From Candidatus Omnitrophota bacterium (GTDB taxonomy: Bacteria; Omnitrophota; Gorgyraeia; Duberdicusellales; 4484-171): a DNA stretch of 42,665 nucleotides. The stretch lies in assembly GCA_023228195.1 (NCBI GenBank), contig JALOBR010000001.1, positions 1 through 42,665 on the forward strand. The letters run 5' to 3'. A program made the position numbers and the translations under genes. Shown here piece by piece: positions 1 through 7,720 of the stretch (positions are counted from its first letter, which is position 1; every line of letters starts with the position of its first letter). Below the pieces are notes generated by a model. That model saw only the letters and a list, made by a program, of their open reading frames with translations, searched no databases and was not told the origin of the DNA.

Positions 1-1
1 T

Positions 2-256
2 TTGCTTGATGAACTTAAGAAAAAACTTGAAATCATAAAGAGCCATGGAGAAGGTTTGGTATTTATGGTAAACTCTATGTTAAGAAAGAAGATATTGCGG
101 GAATACGCCTATGAAGAAAGCCGCATCATAAAGCAACTGCTTGGAGATAAATTCAAAATAGTAGGCATATACGCCGATTATTCTTTTTTCTCCGAACCAG
201 AGAGAAGAGAAATAAATCTTGAAGCCGGGAACATCTTAATGACTTTGTGGAAATAA
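2..256 (+). CDS. C-terminal fragment of an upstream signalling-operon protein (possibly a FIST_C-type sensor domain); 5' end lies outside the window
   Basis: The ORF is open to the window edge and stops 5 nt before the histidine-kinase start. The tail ...KIVGIYADYSFFSEP... only loosely resembles a FIST C-domain. Confidence 0.35.
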   Translation: MLDELKKKLEIIKSHGEGLVFMVNSMLRKKILREYAYEESRIIKQLLGDKFKIVGIYADYSFFSEPERREINLEAGNILMTLWK

Positions 257-260
257 TTAA

Positions 261-1724
261 ATGTCATATTCTATTAATCCTATTTTAGGTTCAGCGATTT
301 TTCTATGCTTTTTGGTAATTGTTCTTGTGGTTTATATTATAAATAAACTGCAACTTATAAATATCCTCAAAAAAAGCATCGAGCATCTTAACAAAACGGT
401 CCGGGAACTTGATTACCAGGCAAAGCTGATAATCAAGGGTGATATGGAACTAAAGCTCTACCAGGAAGAAGTTGAGGACAAGCTTAACAAACTTACTCTT
501 CTTAAAAATCTCATAATATCTTCACTGCACATTTTGGATAAAGAAAATCTTTTCTCGCAAATAGACGACAAAACCATAAATGACTTGGGCTTTAAAAAAG
601 GCCTGATACTTACAATGGAAGGCGAGACAAAATTGAGTGTCGGTTTTGAACCCAAAGAAGTCGATACCTTAAAAGATTTCGTAAAATATAAAAAGAACTT
701 CATCCAGGCCATACCCTTAATTTCAGCTGAAACCGAAGCGGGTTCAGAATTGATAACTACCCTCCAAACAAAAGATTTTTTAATAGCGCCGATAAAAGCG
801 CGGGAAAAAATATACGCTGTGTTTGTTTTGGCCAATCTTATTATGCCAACCGATGTAAGACGGGCAGAGAAAGAAATTTTCTCAATTATATGTATGTATC
901 TTGGCCAGTGCCTTGACAACATTCAGCTTTTCGAAGAAATCTACAACGCGAAAGATGAACTTGAGAAAAAGGTGAAAGAAAGGACAAATGAACTGGTAAA
1001 AAGCTTACGCGAAATAGAAGCGATAAGCCGGACAAAATCAGATTTCATCTCCAATGTATCGCATGAACTGCGCACTCCGCTTACTTCAGTAAAAGGCTTC
1101 TCCTCTCTTCTGGTTGCTGAAAAATTCGGAAAGCTGCCTGAAGAAGCCAAGAAACGGCTTGAAACAATAGATGAAAACGTTGATAAGCTTGTAAACATGG
1201 TCAATACACTTTTGGATATCGCGCGTATAGAATCGGGGAAAACAGAGGTAAAAATTGCTCCTGCCGATATCGCTAAATTAATCAGAGACACGGGGGAATT
1301 CCTCTCTCCTCAAATGCAGGCAAAATCAATAAAGTTAGTTTTGGATACACCGGAAACACTTTTGGTCTATATGGATAAAAACCTTATTGACCAGGTATTT
1401 ATAAATCTGATAGGAAACGCCGTTAAATTTACGCCTGAAGGGGGCCAGATAAAACTAAGCGTGAAAGCCGGTGGCAGCCAAGCTGTTATCTCAATAGCAG
1501 ATACCGGTTACGGAATAGAACAAGAAAATTTAGAAAAGATTTTTCAGGAATTTTTTAGAGTAGATAATACGATAAATGTTAAAGCCAAAGGAACAGGCTT
1601 AGGGTTATCTCTTGTAAAAAGAATTATCGAAATACACAAAGAAAAAATATGGGTTGAATCGGAAATGGGAAAAGGAAGCACCTTTTATTTTACACTTAAA
1701 TTGGCAAAAGAAAAGACGTTATAG
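261..1724 (+). CDS. Sensor histidine kinase (TM helix, coiled coil, GAF-like region, HisKA, HATPase_c)
   Basis: H-box SHELRTPLTSV. N/G boxes NLIGNAVKFT, DTGYGI, GTGLGLSLVKRI. Hydrophobic N-terminal helix ILGSAIFLCFLVIVLVVYII. Confidence 0.9.
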   Translation: MSYSINPILGSAIFLCFLVIVLVVYIINKLQLINILKKSIEHLNKTVRELDYQAKLIIKGDMELKLYQEEVEDKLNKLTLLKNLIISSLHILDKENLFSQIDDKTINDLGFKKGLILTMEGETKLSVGFEPKEVDTLKDFVKYKKNFIQAIPLISAETEAGSELITTLQTKDFLIAPIKAREKIYAVFVLANLIMPTDVRRAEKEIFSIICMYLGQCLDNIQLFEEIYNAKDELEKKVKERTNELVKSLREIEAISRTKSDFISNVSHELRTPLTSVKGFSSLLVAEKFGKLPEEAKKRLETIDENVDKLVNMVNTLLDIARIESGKTEVKIAPADIAKLIRDTGEFLSPQMQAKSIKLVLDTPETLLVYMDKNLIDQVFINLIGNAVKFTPEGGQIKLSVKAGGSQAVISIADTGYGIEQENLEKIFQEFFRVDNTINVKAKGTGLGLSLVKRIIEIHKEKIWVESEMGKGSTFYFTLKLAKEKTL

Positions 1725-1737
1725 CATTACTTATAAT

Positions 1738-1807
1738 TCTGTAACACGCCGCAAGTATCACGTAACACGTTTTTAAGACTTGCTACCTGTTACTTGTTAC
1801 GTGATAC
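1738..1807. repeat. Twin-word palindrome between the kinase and regulator genes (GTAACAC words; 12-bp perfect inverted repeat)
   Basis: GTATCACGTAAC (1755-1766) is the exact reverse complement of GTTACGTGATAC (1796-1807). GTAACACG occurs twice (1741, 1762) and GTTAC twice on the 3' arm. Confidence 0.8.
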
Positions 1808-1829
1808 ATAAACAAAAAACGAAAATACT

Positions 1830-2768
1830 ATGGTTAAATTAAAAATAATGGTAGTTGACGACGATCCTGATATTTTGGAACTTCTTAAGGCAACTCTGGA
1901 AGAAGAATATGAAGTGACCAGTGCCGCGCTTGGCAATGAAGCTATAGAAAAGTTGAAGAAAGAAGTGCCTGACCTTTTGGTTTTAGATTATGTGCTTCCC
2001 GACCTTCATGGCCCGGAAATATGTAAGATATTAAGAAAAGACCCGCTGCTTGTACATCTGCCAGTGCTTATGCTTACCGGTAAAGGAGAAATTGAAGATA
2101 AAGTAAAAGGGCTTGAGTCCGGCGCTGATGATTATATGGTAAAACCTTTTTCACCGCAGGAGCTTACCGCGAGAGTACGAATGCTTATAAGGCGTTCGAA
2201 TATAAACCTAGACGCGAACCCCCTGACACGGCTTCCCGGAAATGTTTCAATAAGCCGGGAACTGGATGAAAAGATAAAAAGCAAAGAAAAGTTTGCCGCG
2301 CTTTATATCGACTTGGATAATTTTAAAGCGGTAAATGACTACTATGGCTTTGAAAGGGGTGACGAAGTAATAAAAGAAACTGCCCGCATTATAATCAGTG
2401 CCATTTCAGAAAAAGGCACAACCCGTGATTTTATAGGCCATATCGGCGGAGATGATTTCTTTGTAATAACCTCTCCGGAAAAAGGCGAAGAAATAGCAAA
2501 AAAAATAATAAGTGATTTCGACAAGGTATCTCCTAAATTTTTCGACGAAACCGACAGGATAAAAGGTTTTATCGAAACAAAAGGGCGCGACAACGAAATA
2601 CATAAATTCGGATTTATTACCATTTCGGTAGGCATAATAACCAATCTTTACAGGGAATTTACGCATACCGCGCAAATAAGCTCGCTTGGAGCGGAAGTTA
2701 AAGGGTTTGCAAAAAAATTCGCTCAAAGCAAGTATATTTTCGATAAGAGGACGGAACAGAAATACTAA
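1830..2768 (+). CDS. Response regulator: REC domain fused to a variant GGDEF-fold domain (GGDDF)
   Basis: REC: VVDDDPD, acceptor Asp in LLVLDYVLPD, MLTGKG, KPF. Output domain: NPLTRLPGN, YIDLDNFKAVNDYYGFERGD, GHIGGDDFF. Confidence 0.85.
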   Translation: MVKLKIMVVDDDPDILELLKATLEEEYEVTSAALGNEAIEKLKKEVPDLLVLDYVLPDLHGPEICKILRKDPLLVHLPVLMLTGKGEIEDKVKGLESGADDYMVKPFSPQELTARVRMLIRRSNINLDANPLTRLPGNVSISRELDEKIKSKEKFAALYIDLDNFKAVNDYYGFERGDEVIKETARIIISAISEKGTTRDFIGHIGGDDFFVITSPEKGEEIAKKIISDFDKVSPKFFDETDRIKGFIETKGRDNEIHKFGFITISVGIITNLYREFTHTAQISSLGAEVKGFAKKFAQSKYIFDKRTEQKY

Positions 2769-2804
2769 AAACTTCTGTTAGGAAAATTTAAGATATAAAT
2801 CTAG

Positions 2805-2833
2805 TTGTCAGAGAAATGGTTGTGTGGTATATA
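2805..2833 (+). promoter_or_regulatory. Sigma70-like promoter upstream of the tRNA-derived repeats and tRNA-Leu
   Basis: TTGTCA (2805-2810), 17-nt spacer, TATATA (2828-2833). The -10 is preceded by TGG, giving an extended -10 TGn. Confidence 0.5.
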
Positions 2834-2883
2834 TATTATTCATCTAGATAGAAGCAATAAGTTCTTAAACAATCCAAGGGTAT

Positions 2884-3134
2884 GTCGCACGAGTGGTGTC
2901 AACAGTCTTTACCGAAAGATCGAGTTTCTTTAGCGCTGTTGCCACCATAAGCTAACAAATTAAATAAATCCCCTTAGAAGCTAAAAGCTCTTGACCGACC
3001 CGAAAACTTTGTAGCGCGAGCGGTGTAACAAGTCTTCGTCGAAGACGAAGTTTCTTCACACTTGTTCCACCTAAGCTACAAACTAAAGAAAGCTCTTTTA
3101 GAAGAAAAAGGTTTTTGACCAAACTGAAAAGTTA
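2884..3134 (+). repeat. Two tandem structured units (periods 127 and 124 nt) derived from the adjacent tRNA-Leu gene
   Basis: Units start GTCGCACGAGTGGTG (2884) and GTAGCGCGAGCGGTG (3011), compared with the tRNA 5' end GCGCGAGTGGTG (3138). Their 3' parts are CCACCATAAGCTA and CCACCTAAGCTAC, compared with the tRNA CCCACCTCGCGCA. Each unit ends with a TTGACC-containing spacer. Confidence 0.8.
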
Positions 3135-3137
3135 CTA

Positions 3138-3221
3138 GCGCGAGTGGTGAAATGGCATACACTTACGTTTGAGGGGCGTATGGCGAAAGCCGTGTGGGTT
3201 CAAGTCCCACCTCGCGCACCA
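3138..3221 (+). tRNA. tRNA-Leu (anticodon GAG), class II with a long variable arm and encoded CCA
   Basis: Hand-folded cloverleaf. Acceptor GCGCGAG/CTCGCGC. 3-bp D stem GTG/CAC with GG in the loop. Anticodon stem TACGT/GCGTA with loop TTGAGGG (U33, GAG, G37). Variable arm GGC-GAAA-GCC. T arm GTGGG-TTCAAGT-CCCAC. Discriminator A plus CCA. Confidence 0.9.
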
Positions 3222-3580
3222 TTTATTTTACTTCAAAAAATCATTGCTCTTTAGATTGTCTTACTTGAACAATAAAAATACTTGGATGTATGATAAAGAA
3301 ACCCCGCCTGCGGCGGAGCATACATACAAGTCCTCCTCCTTCGCCCTTTAAGCTTCGGCGGACAGGCACCTCGCGCATTGCTTTATTTTGATAAAGGAAG
3401 AAACAACAATGGGTTCTCCGCCACTTTAGTTTTTTTATATGGGCGGATCCGCCTTCGGCGGAAAATCCCCTCTCTCGCATATTTTTTTATCAGATTACAT
3501 ATGCCTAAAAATAGTTTAGTATTTAGCAAAACTCTCTATCCGCTCTGCGCTAATAAAATGGCTAACTAGTTTTTCTCGAG

Positions 3581-3770
3581 CTATTGCAAATTTACTCTTT
3601 CCAAAAGTTTTAGCTTATAAGTAAGGCGAGTAAGCTGGCGGGGTAAATCTACATCTTTAAAAAATAATATCTTGCGACAAATCAAACTTAATCGGCATAA
3701 AATTCAGTATTGCGCGTATCCCGCATTCATATAAACTATCTGCGATTTCTTTAATAGGAAAAGTCTTTTC
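3581..3770 (-). pseudogene. Remnant of a Rex-like redox-sensing repressor C-terminus (frameshifted and truncated)
   Basis: The minus strand translates as ...FPIKEIADSLYECGIRAILNFMPIKFDLSQDIIF*. After a frame change it reads FKDVDLPRQLTRLTYKLKLL. The GI(K/R)xILNFxP...VDL...L pattern matches the Rex C-terminus. No N-terminal part is present. Confidence 0.4.
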
Positions 3771-3945
3771 TTAATTGATGACGGATTATTTTCAAGAAAC
3801 TCGCAAACTGACAGCTTGATACTACCTTTTTATTTTATTCAAGAAAATAAATAAATGCGCGCGGACAATAAGACAAACGTATAATGATTTCTTAGGGAAT
3901 TTTTTTAAACATTTGAGAAATAGTTACACGGGTTAATGCCTTCGC

Positions 3946-4316
3946 TTAGCAGATTCTTGGTAAGTTAAACGAATGTGGAAAATCGAGAATCCTTTCGCCC
4001 CCCCCGGAGACCGTTTCAAGCACAATACCTTTTATATTATCGTCAATCTCGCCTATTATCGATGCGGATTTGGATATTTTCTTTAAAGAATTCAAAACTT
4101 TCTTTGAAATTTTATCCGGCGCGGCAAGAACAGCTCTTCCTTCGCAAGCAAGATAATACGGGTTTATCCCTAATATTTCACAGTCGACCCTAACGTCGCG
4201 GCATCTGCTAACTGCGCAATAACCGGATTAGAAAGTTTTTTCAGGAAAACTTCTCTGATTAAATTGTAACTTGCTTTTGCGCCTTCGCCGCGTTTTAAGG
4301 TTATTATCTCTTGCAT
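3946..4316 (-). pseudogene. hypE: hypE remnant (hydrogenase maturation protein): N-terminal about 48 aa, a stop and frameshift, then the C-terminal about 75 aa; the central about 200 aa are missing
   Basis: Minus strand: MQEIITLKRGEGAKASYNLIREVF...DAATLGSTVKY*. In another frame: GINPYYLACEGRAVLAAP...IIGEIDD...VLETVSGGGERILDF...LPRIC*. A terminal PRIC is the HypE signature. Confidence 0.55.
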
Positions 4317-4375
4317 ATTGTTTGCTTAGTCTGAGGTTAAAGTTGGGTAAAATAAAAACTTAACCTTACCTTAGC

Positions 4376-5173
4376 CTAAACCTTTTCGAGCATATTTTTC
4401 GACACACCTATATCCGCAACATATATTTTACCGCAAAGCTTGGGGCCGCTATTTGATAAGAACCCTTTTTTAGGGGCGATAAAGGTGATTGTATAATCTG
4501 CTTTTATCGCTTCTCCCAATATAGCTCCGGAGTCCGGGGACAGCCCTGAAGGGACATCGCATGAGACTATCTTTTTACCGCTTTCATTTATCTCGCTTAT
4601 TATTTTTTTAAGAAAATCCGAAATTCCGCCTTTTGCGCCTATACCCAATATGCCGTCTAAAACAAAATCTGAGGCCTTGAGGTATTTTTTAAGCTTTTTT
4701 ATATTACCAAGGTTAATCGCGCATACAGGGATTTTGATTTTATCCAAAAGTTCTTTCTGGAATTTTACTTCTTCATTAAAATCTTTTTCTTCTGGGGCCC
4801 CACTGAAAAAGCCTGTGAATCCTTTTTTGTTTGCCCCTGTGGAGCGACGTCCCGTTCCTTGATTGCCCACGGGCTGTCCACCAGGACGCCCTGTTGGGCT
4901 GCCGAAGGCGTGCCCATGGAATTCCGGCGAGGGGATTAGAATCACAGCTTTTACGTTGTAATTCTTAGCGGCAAGTTTTCTTGCGCAGGCAAGCGCATCC
5001 GCTCCGTTATTACCCTTGCCTGCCACCACGCATACCTTTTTCCCCAGATTCAAATTATCTATTATGGACGCTAAATTGCTGGAAGCATTTTCTATAAGAA
5101 TTCTTTCGGTAAGGCCAATTTTTTTAGCAGCATGCTCAAGCTTTCTTATTTTTTCTACACTTAAGGCTTTCAT
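4376..5173 (-). CDS. nnrE: NAD(P)H-hydrate epimerase (YjeF N-terminal domain family) with a repeat-encoded insertion
   Basis: VCVVAGKGNNGADALACARKL motif. C-terminal DVPSGL. An extra Gly/Pro-rich segment of about 45 aa (EFHGHAFGSPTGRPGGQPVGNQGTGRRSTGANKKGFTGFFSGAP) is encoded by a GC-rich repeat. Confidence 0.75.
   Translation of the reverse strand: MKALSVEKIRKLEHAAKKIGLTERILIENASSNLASIIDNLNLGKKVCVVAGKGNNGADALACARKLAAKNYNVKAVILIPSPEFHGHAFGSPTGRPGGQPVGNQGTGRRSTGANKKGFTGFFSGAPEEKDFNEEVKFQKELLDKIKIPVCAINLGNIKKLKKYLKASDFVLDGILGIGAKGGISDFLKKIISEINESGKKIVSCDVPSGLSPDSGAILGEAIKADYTITFIAPKKGFLSNSGPKLCGKIYVADIGVSKNMLEKV
4836..4945. repeat. GC-rich palindromic element, copy A (intragenic and in-frame in nnrE)
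   Basis: The 45-nt core CCACGGGCTGTCCACCAGGACGCCCTGTTGGGCTGCCGAAGGCGT (4867-4911) is identical to 9170-9214. The flanks CCCCTGTGGAGCGACGTCCC and GAATCA are also shared with copy B. Confidence 0.85.
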
Positions 5174-5261
5174 GCTGGTTTTAGAAAAGTTTGAGGGTGG
5201 CGGTCAAATTACCTACCCCATTCGCACGCCCGCCTTCGGCGGTCAGGCTCAGGGGTAATTC

Positions 5262-5307
5262 GGTTACACAACTTTTCGGCGCTCTTTGAGCTTGAAAAGT
5301 TGTTACC
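5262..5307 (-). terminator. Stem-loop immediately downstream of the PAC2 gene (possible terminator; no U-tract)
   Basis: ACAACTTTTC / GAAAAGTTGT form a 10-bp perfect stem, extended by GGT/ACC, with a 16-nt loop. Confidence 0.3.
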
Positions 5308-5310
5308 TCA

Positions 5311-6282
5311 TTAATGTGATTCGTCTTTTTTATCTTTCTTCCTGAAAAGATCGAGAAACTTATCTTCGTATTCAACATAAACATTCCAATGGTCAAGCTC
5401 TTCTTTAAGCTTGGCGGCCTTGGTGATGTCTTTCTGCGCTTCCTTAAAAAACCCCTCTATTCTTTCCCTGGCAGACTGTGGAAGTTTGCTGTAAGCAGCT
5501 AAATCTTTTTTAAGTTTTTCTATGTCATCTTCACTTAAAGGGGTTGTGGTTGGCTCAGGGACTTCTCCTTTAAGATAACTTATCAATTTATCTATTTCTG
5601 TTTCGATAAATTTTGCCCTGTCGGTTAAAGGCAAAAGATTTAAATTTAAACCAAGGTAATCATTTATGATTTTTAGAATGCTCGCGCTCGCTTTTGGATT
5701 TTCTATCTGCACGGTATAAAAAGGAATTTCTCCCAAAAGACAAGCCCCCTTAAACCCGCGGGATTTCGCAACTCCAAGGATGAGGCCATTAAGCCCGCTG
5801 ATTTGGCCTTCTTTTAACGGTTTTACGCCCAGCTTATCAAATTCTTCCAATATTTCCTCGTGCGTTGCTACAATTTTTACCAGAGACTCTGCCTTGTGGT
5901 CTATAGCCTCCGGTTTTGCGGCAAAAGTAAGTATAAATTTTGATTTATATTTTTTAACAAAATCAATTATAGCCGAAGACAGCTCTTCTGCTCGCTCAAG
6001 AGGCGGCTGCACTTCACCCATAAACAGAATTATATCCGGTGATTTTTTTCGCTTTACGTAATAGAAAAATCCGGCAGGCATTGAAGGCAATTCAAGGAGC
6101 CCCTTTTCAACAACCACGGCGGCGGGCTTAAAAAATTCTCCGGATTCAAGCTTGGCAAACATCTTAAAACCCATTACCTCGCGAAGAAATAATACGCTTC
6201 TATACGCTACCTCGCCCATCCCAGGCCATGCAGCAATAAAAATAGGGCTCTTTAATTTTGGAGTTGCTACTTCTTTAATCAT
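5311..6282 (-). CDS. PAC2 (proteasome assembly chaperone 2-like) family protein with a C-terminal helical extension
   Basis: N-terminal pattern SPIFIAAWPGMGEVAYRSVLFL is typical of PAC2/PF09754-type proteins. The start was moved to MIKEVATP (6282) because the upstream GTG lies inside a repeat. Confidence 0.5.
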   Translation of the reverse strand: MIKEVATPKLKSPIFIAAWPGMGEVAYRSVLFLREVMGFKMFAKLESGEFFKPAAVVVEKGLLELPSMPAGFFYYVKRKKSPDIILFMGEVQPPLERAEELSSAIIDFVKKYKSKFILTFAAKPEAIDHKAESLVKIVATHEEILEEFDKLGVKPLKEGQISGLNGLILGVAKSRGFKGACLLGEIPFYTVQIENPKASASILKIINDYLGLNLNLLPLTDRAKFIETEIDKLISYLKGEVPEPTTTPLSEDDIEKLKKDLAAYSKLPQSARERIEGFFKEAQKDITKAAKLKEELDHWNVYVEYEDKFLDLFRKKDKKDESH

Positions 6283-6289
6283 TTTTGTT

Positions 6290-6348
6290 GCACAGATTAG
6301 CACAGATTTTGAAGCGGATGATCACAGATATTAATCTGTTATCTGTGT
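6290..6348. repeat. Mini-element: CACAGAT-word hairpin, homologous to the left arm of the 190-bp MITE-like elements
   Basis: GCACAGATTAGCACAGATTTTGAAGCGGATGATCACAGATATTAATCTGTTATCTGTG aligns with the reverse complement of 16455-16522. Confidence 0.75.
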
Positions 6349-6424
6349 TGTATAATCTATCATAAACTACTCAAAAAACAAGGACGATTTACTTTAATGA
6401 CAGATAGGAGCTGATAACTGACAA

Positions 6425-7669
6425 CTATTTGTTTTTATGCAGATTATCGAGGAATTCTTTTATTTTTTTCTCTTCGCCTATGTCTTTCGGTAAATAATAT
6501 TTATTCCTTGCGCCATAATCCTGCTCAACAAAACCACCGAATGAGTGAGGATATTTATAATCTTTGGAATGCGTTTTTATATTTTTAGGCACCTCTTTGG
6601 TTTCTTCTTCTTCGATGTCCTTTTTAGCGCTATCTATTGCAAGATAAGCTGAATTTGATTTCGGTGAACCAGCGAGATAAATTGTTGCCTGGGCTAAAAT
6701 TAAATCTGATTCCGGCTTACCTATAAATTCAACGGCCTTAAAAGCGCTTGTAGCTAAGACAAGCGCGAAAGGATTTGCGTTGCCGATATCTTCACTGGCT
6801 AAAATTACAATCCGCCTTGCGATAAAACGGGGATCCTCTCCCGATTTAATCATTTTGGCAAGCCAATAAAGAGCGCTGTCAACGTCGCTTCCTCTTACTG
6901 ATTTTATAAATGCGGAAATAGTATCGTAATGATACGAATCTTTTTTATCGTAAAATATATTTTTCTGGATACTTTCACGGGCGATATTTAAATCTAAATT
7001 TATCTTCCCTGATGAGTCTTCCTTGGTGCTAAGAGCCCCTATCTCTAAAGAGCCAAGCGCTTTGCGCGCATCCCCTGCCGATAATACGGCTATGTGTTCG
7101 ATTGCCTCATCACTACAAACAATATTCATATTTCCTAGGCCATTTTCTTTATCAAGCAGGGCGCGCTTAAGAATTGTAATGATATCTTCTTTAGCTAAAG
7201 GCTTGAATTCAGCGACAATGGCACGTGAGATAAGCGATGGTATAAGGTAATAATAAGGATTATATATGGTTGCGCCGATAAGATTTATATTTGCGCTTTC
7301 GGTGTCCGGCACAAGGGACTCCTGCTGCAGCTTATTAAACCGGTGGATTTCATCTATGAATAGAATGGTTTTTCTGCCCTTATCTGCCAATATTTTTTTC
7401 GCATTAAGGATTATCTTTCTGACTTCAACGGAAGAAGTAAAAGAAGCATTCAAATATATAAAATCAGCATCTATACTTTGGGAAACAATAAGGCCAAGTG
7501 TGGTTTTTCCGCATCCGGCAGGCCCGTGGAAAATGAGCGAAGGGAGCCTCTTTGCGATAATCGCGCGCTTTAAGAGCTTCCCTTCTCCTAAAATGTGTTT
7601 CTGGCCGATAAAGTCTTCAAGTGTTTTGGGTCGTAATCGAATTGCAAGAGGCGTATCGCTTTGCAGCAT
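6425..7669 (-). CDS. rarA: Replication-associated recombination protein A (AAA+ ATPase, MgsA/RarA)
   Basis: Walker A GPAGCGKTT, Walker B ILFIDEIHRF, and the conserved C-terminal MgsA domain (DSALYWLAKM, GEDPRFIARR). Confidence 0.9.
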   Translation of the reverse strand: MLQSDTPLAIRLRPKTLEDFIGQKHILGEGKLLKRAIIAKRLPSLIFHGPAGCGKTTLGLIVSQSIDADFIYLNASFTSSVEVRKIILNAKKILADKGRKTILFIDEIHRFNKLQQESLVPDTESANINLIGATIYNPYYYLIPSLISRAIVAEFKPLAKEDIITILKRALLDKENGLGNMNIVCSDEAIEHIAVLSAGDARKALGSLEIGALSTKEDSSGKINLDLNIARESIQKNIFYDKKDSYHYDTISAFIKSVRGSDVDSALYWLAKMIKSGEDPRFIARRIVILASEDIGNANPFALVLATSAFKAVEFIGKPESDLILAQATIYLAGSPKSNSAYLAIDSAKKDIEEEETKEVPKNIKTHSKDYKYPHSFGGFVEQDYGARNKYYLPKDIGEEKKIKEFLDNLHKNK

Positions 7670-7720
7670 GTATTCTCCACGGATTGGTTAATTATTCACG
7701 CTGTGATTTCTCTACGTTTC

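Noticed and set aside
3169-3569. Three short ORFs (3169-3351 plus, 3241-3480 minus, 3378-3569 plus) downstream of the tRNA
   Set aside because: The first overlaps the tRNA-Leu gene itself. All three run through GC-rich hairpin repeats and have implausible composition.
3830-3945. dif/XerCD site at the plus/minus gene-convergence point (e.g. AATGCGCGCGGACAATAAGACAAACGTATAATGATTT)
   Set aside because: The resemblance to the dif consensus is only vague, with no proper 11-6-11 inverted arms. The terminus hypothesis needs GC-skew analysis on a longer contig.
3222-4375. Integrated mobile element or prophage at the 3' end of tRNA-Leu
   Set aside because: There is no integrase, no direct repeat of the tRNA 3' end, and no phage-like genes. 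The recognisable fragments are decayed metabolic and regulatory genes (Rex-like, hypE).
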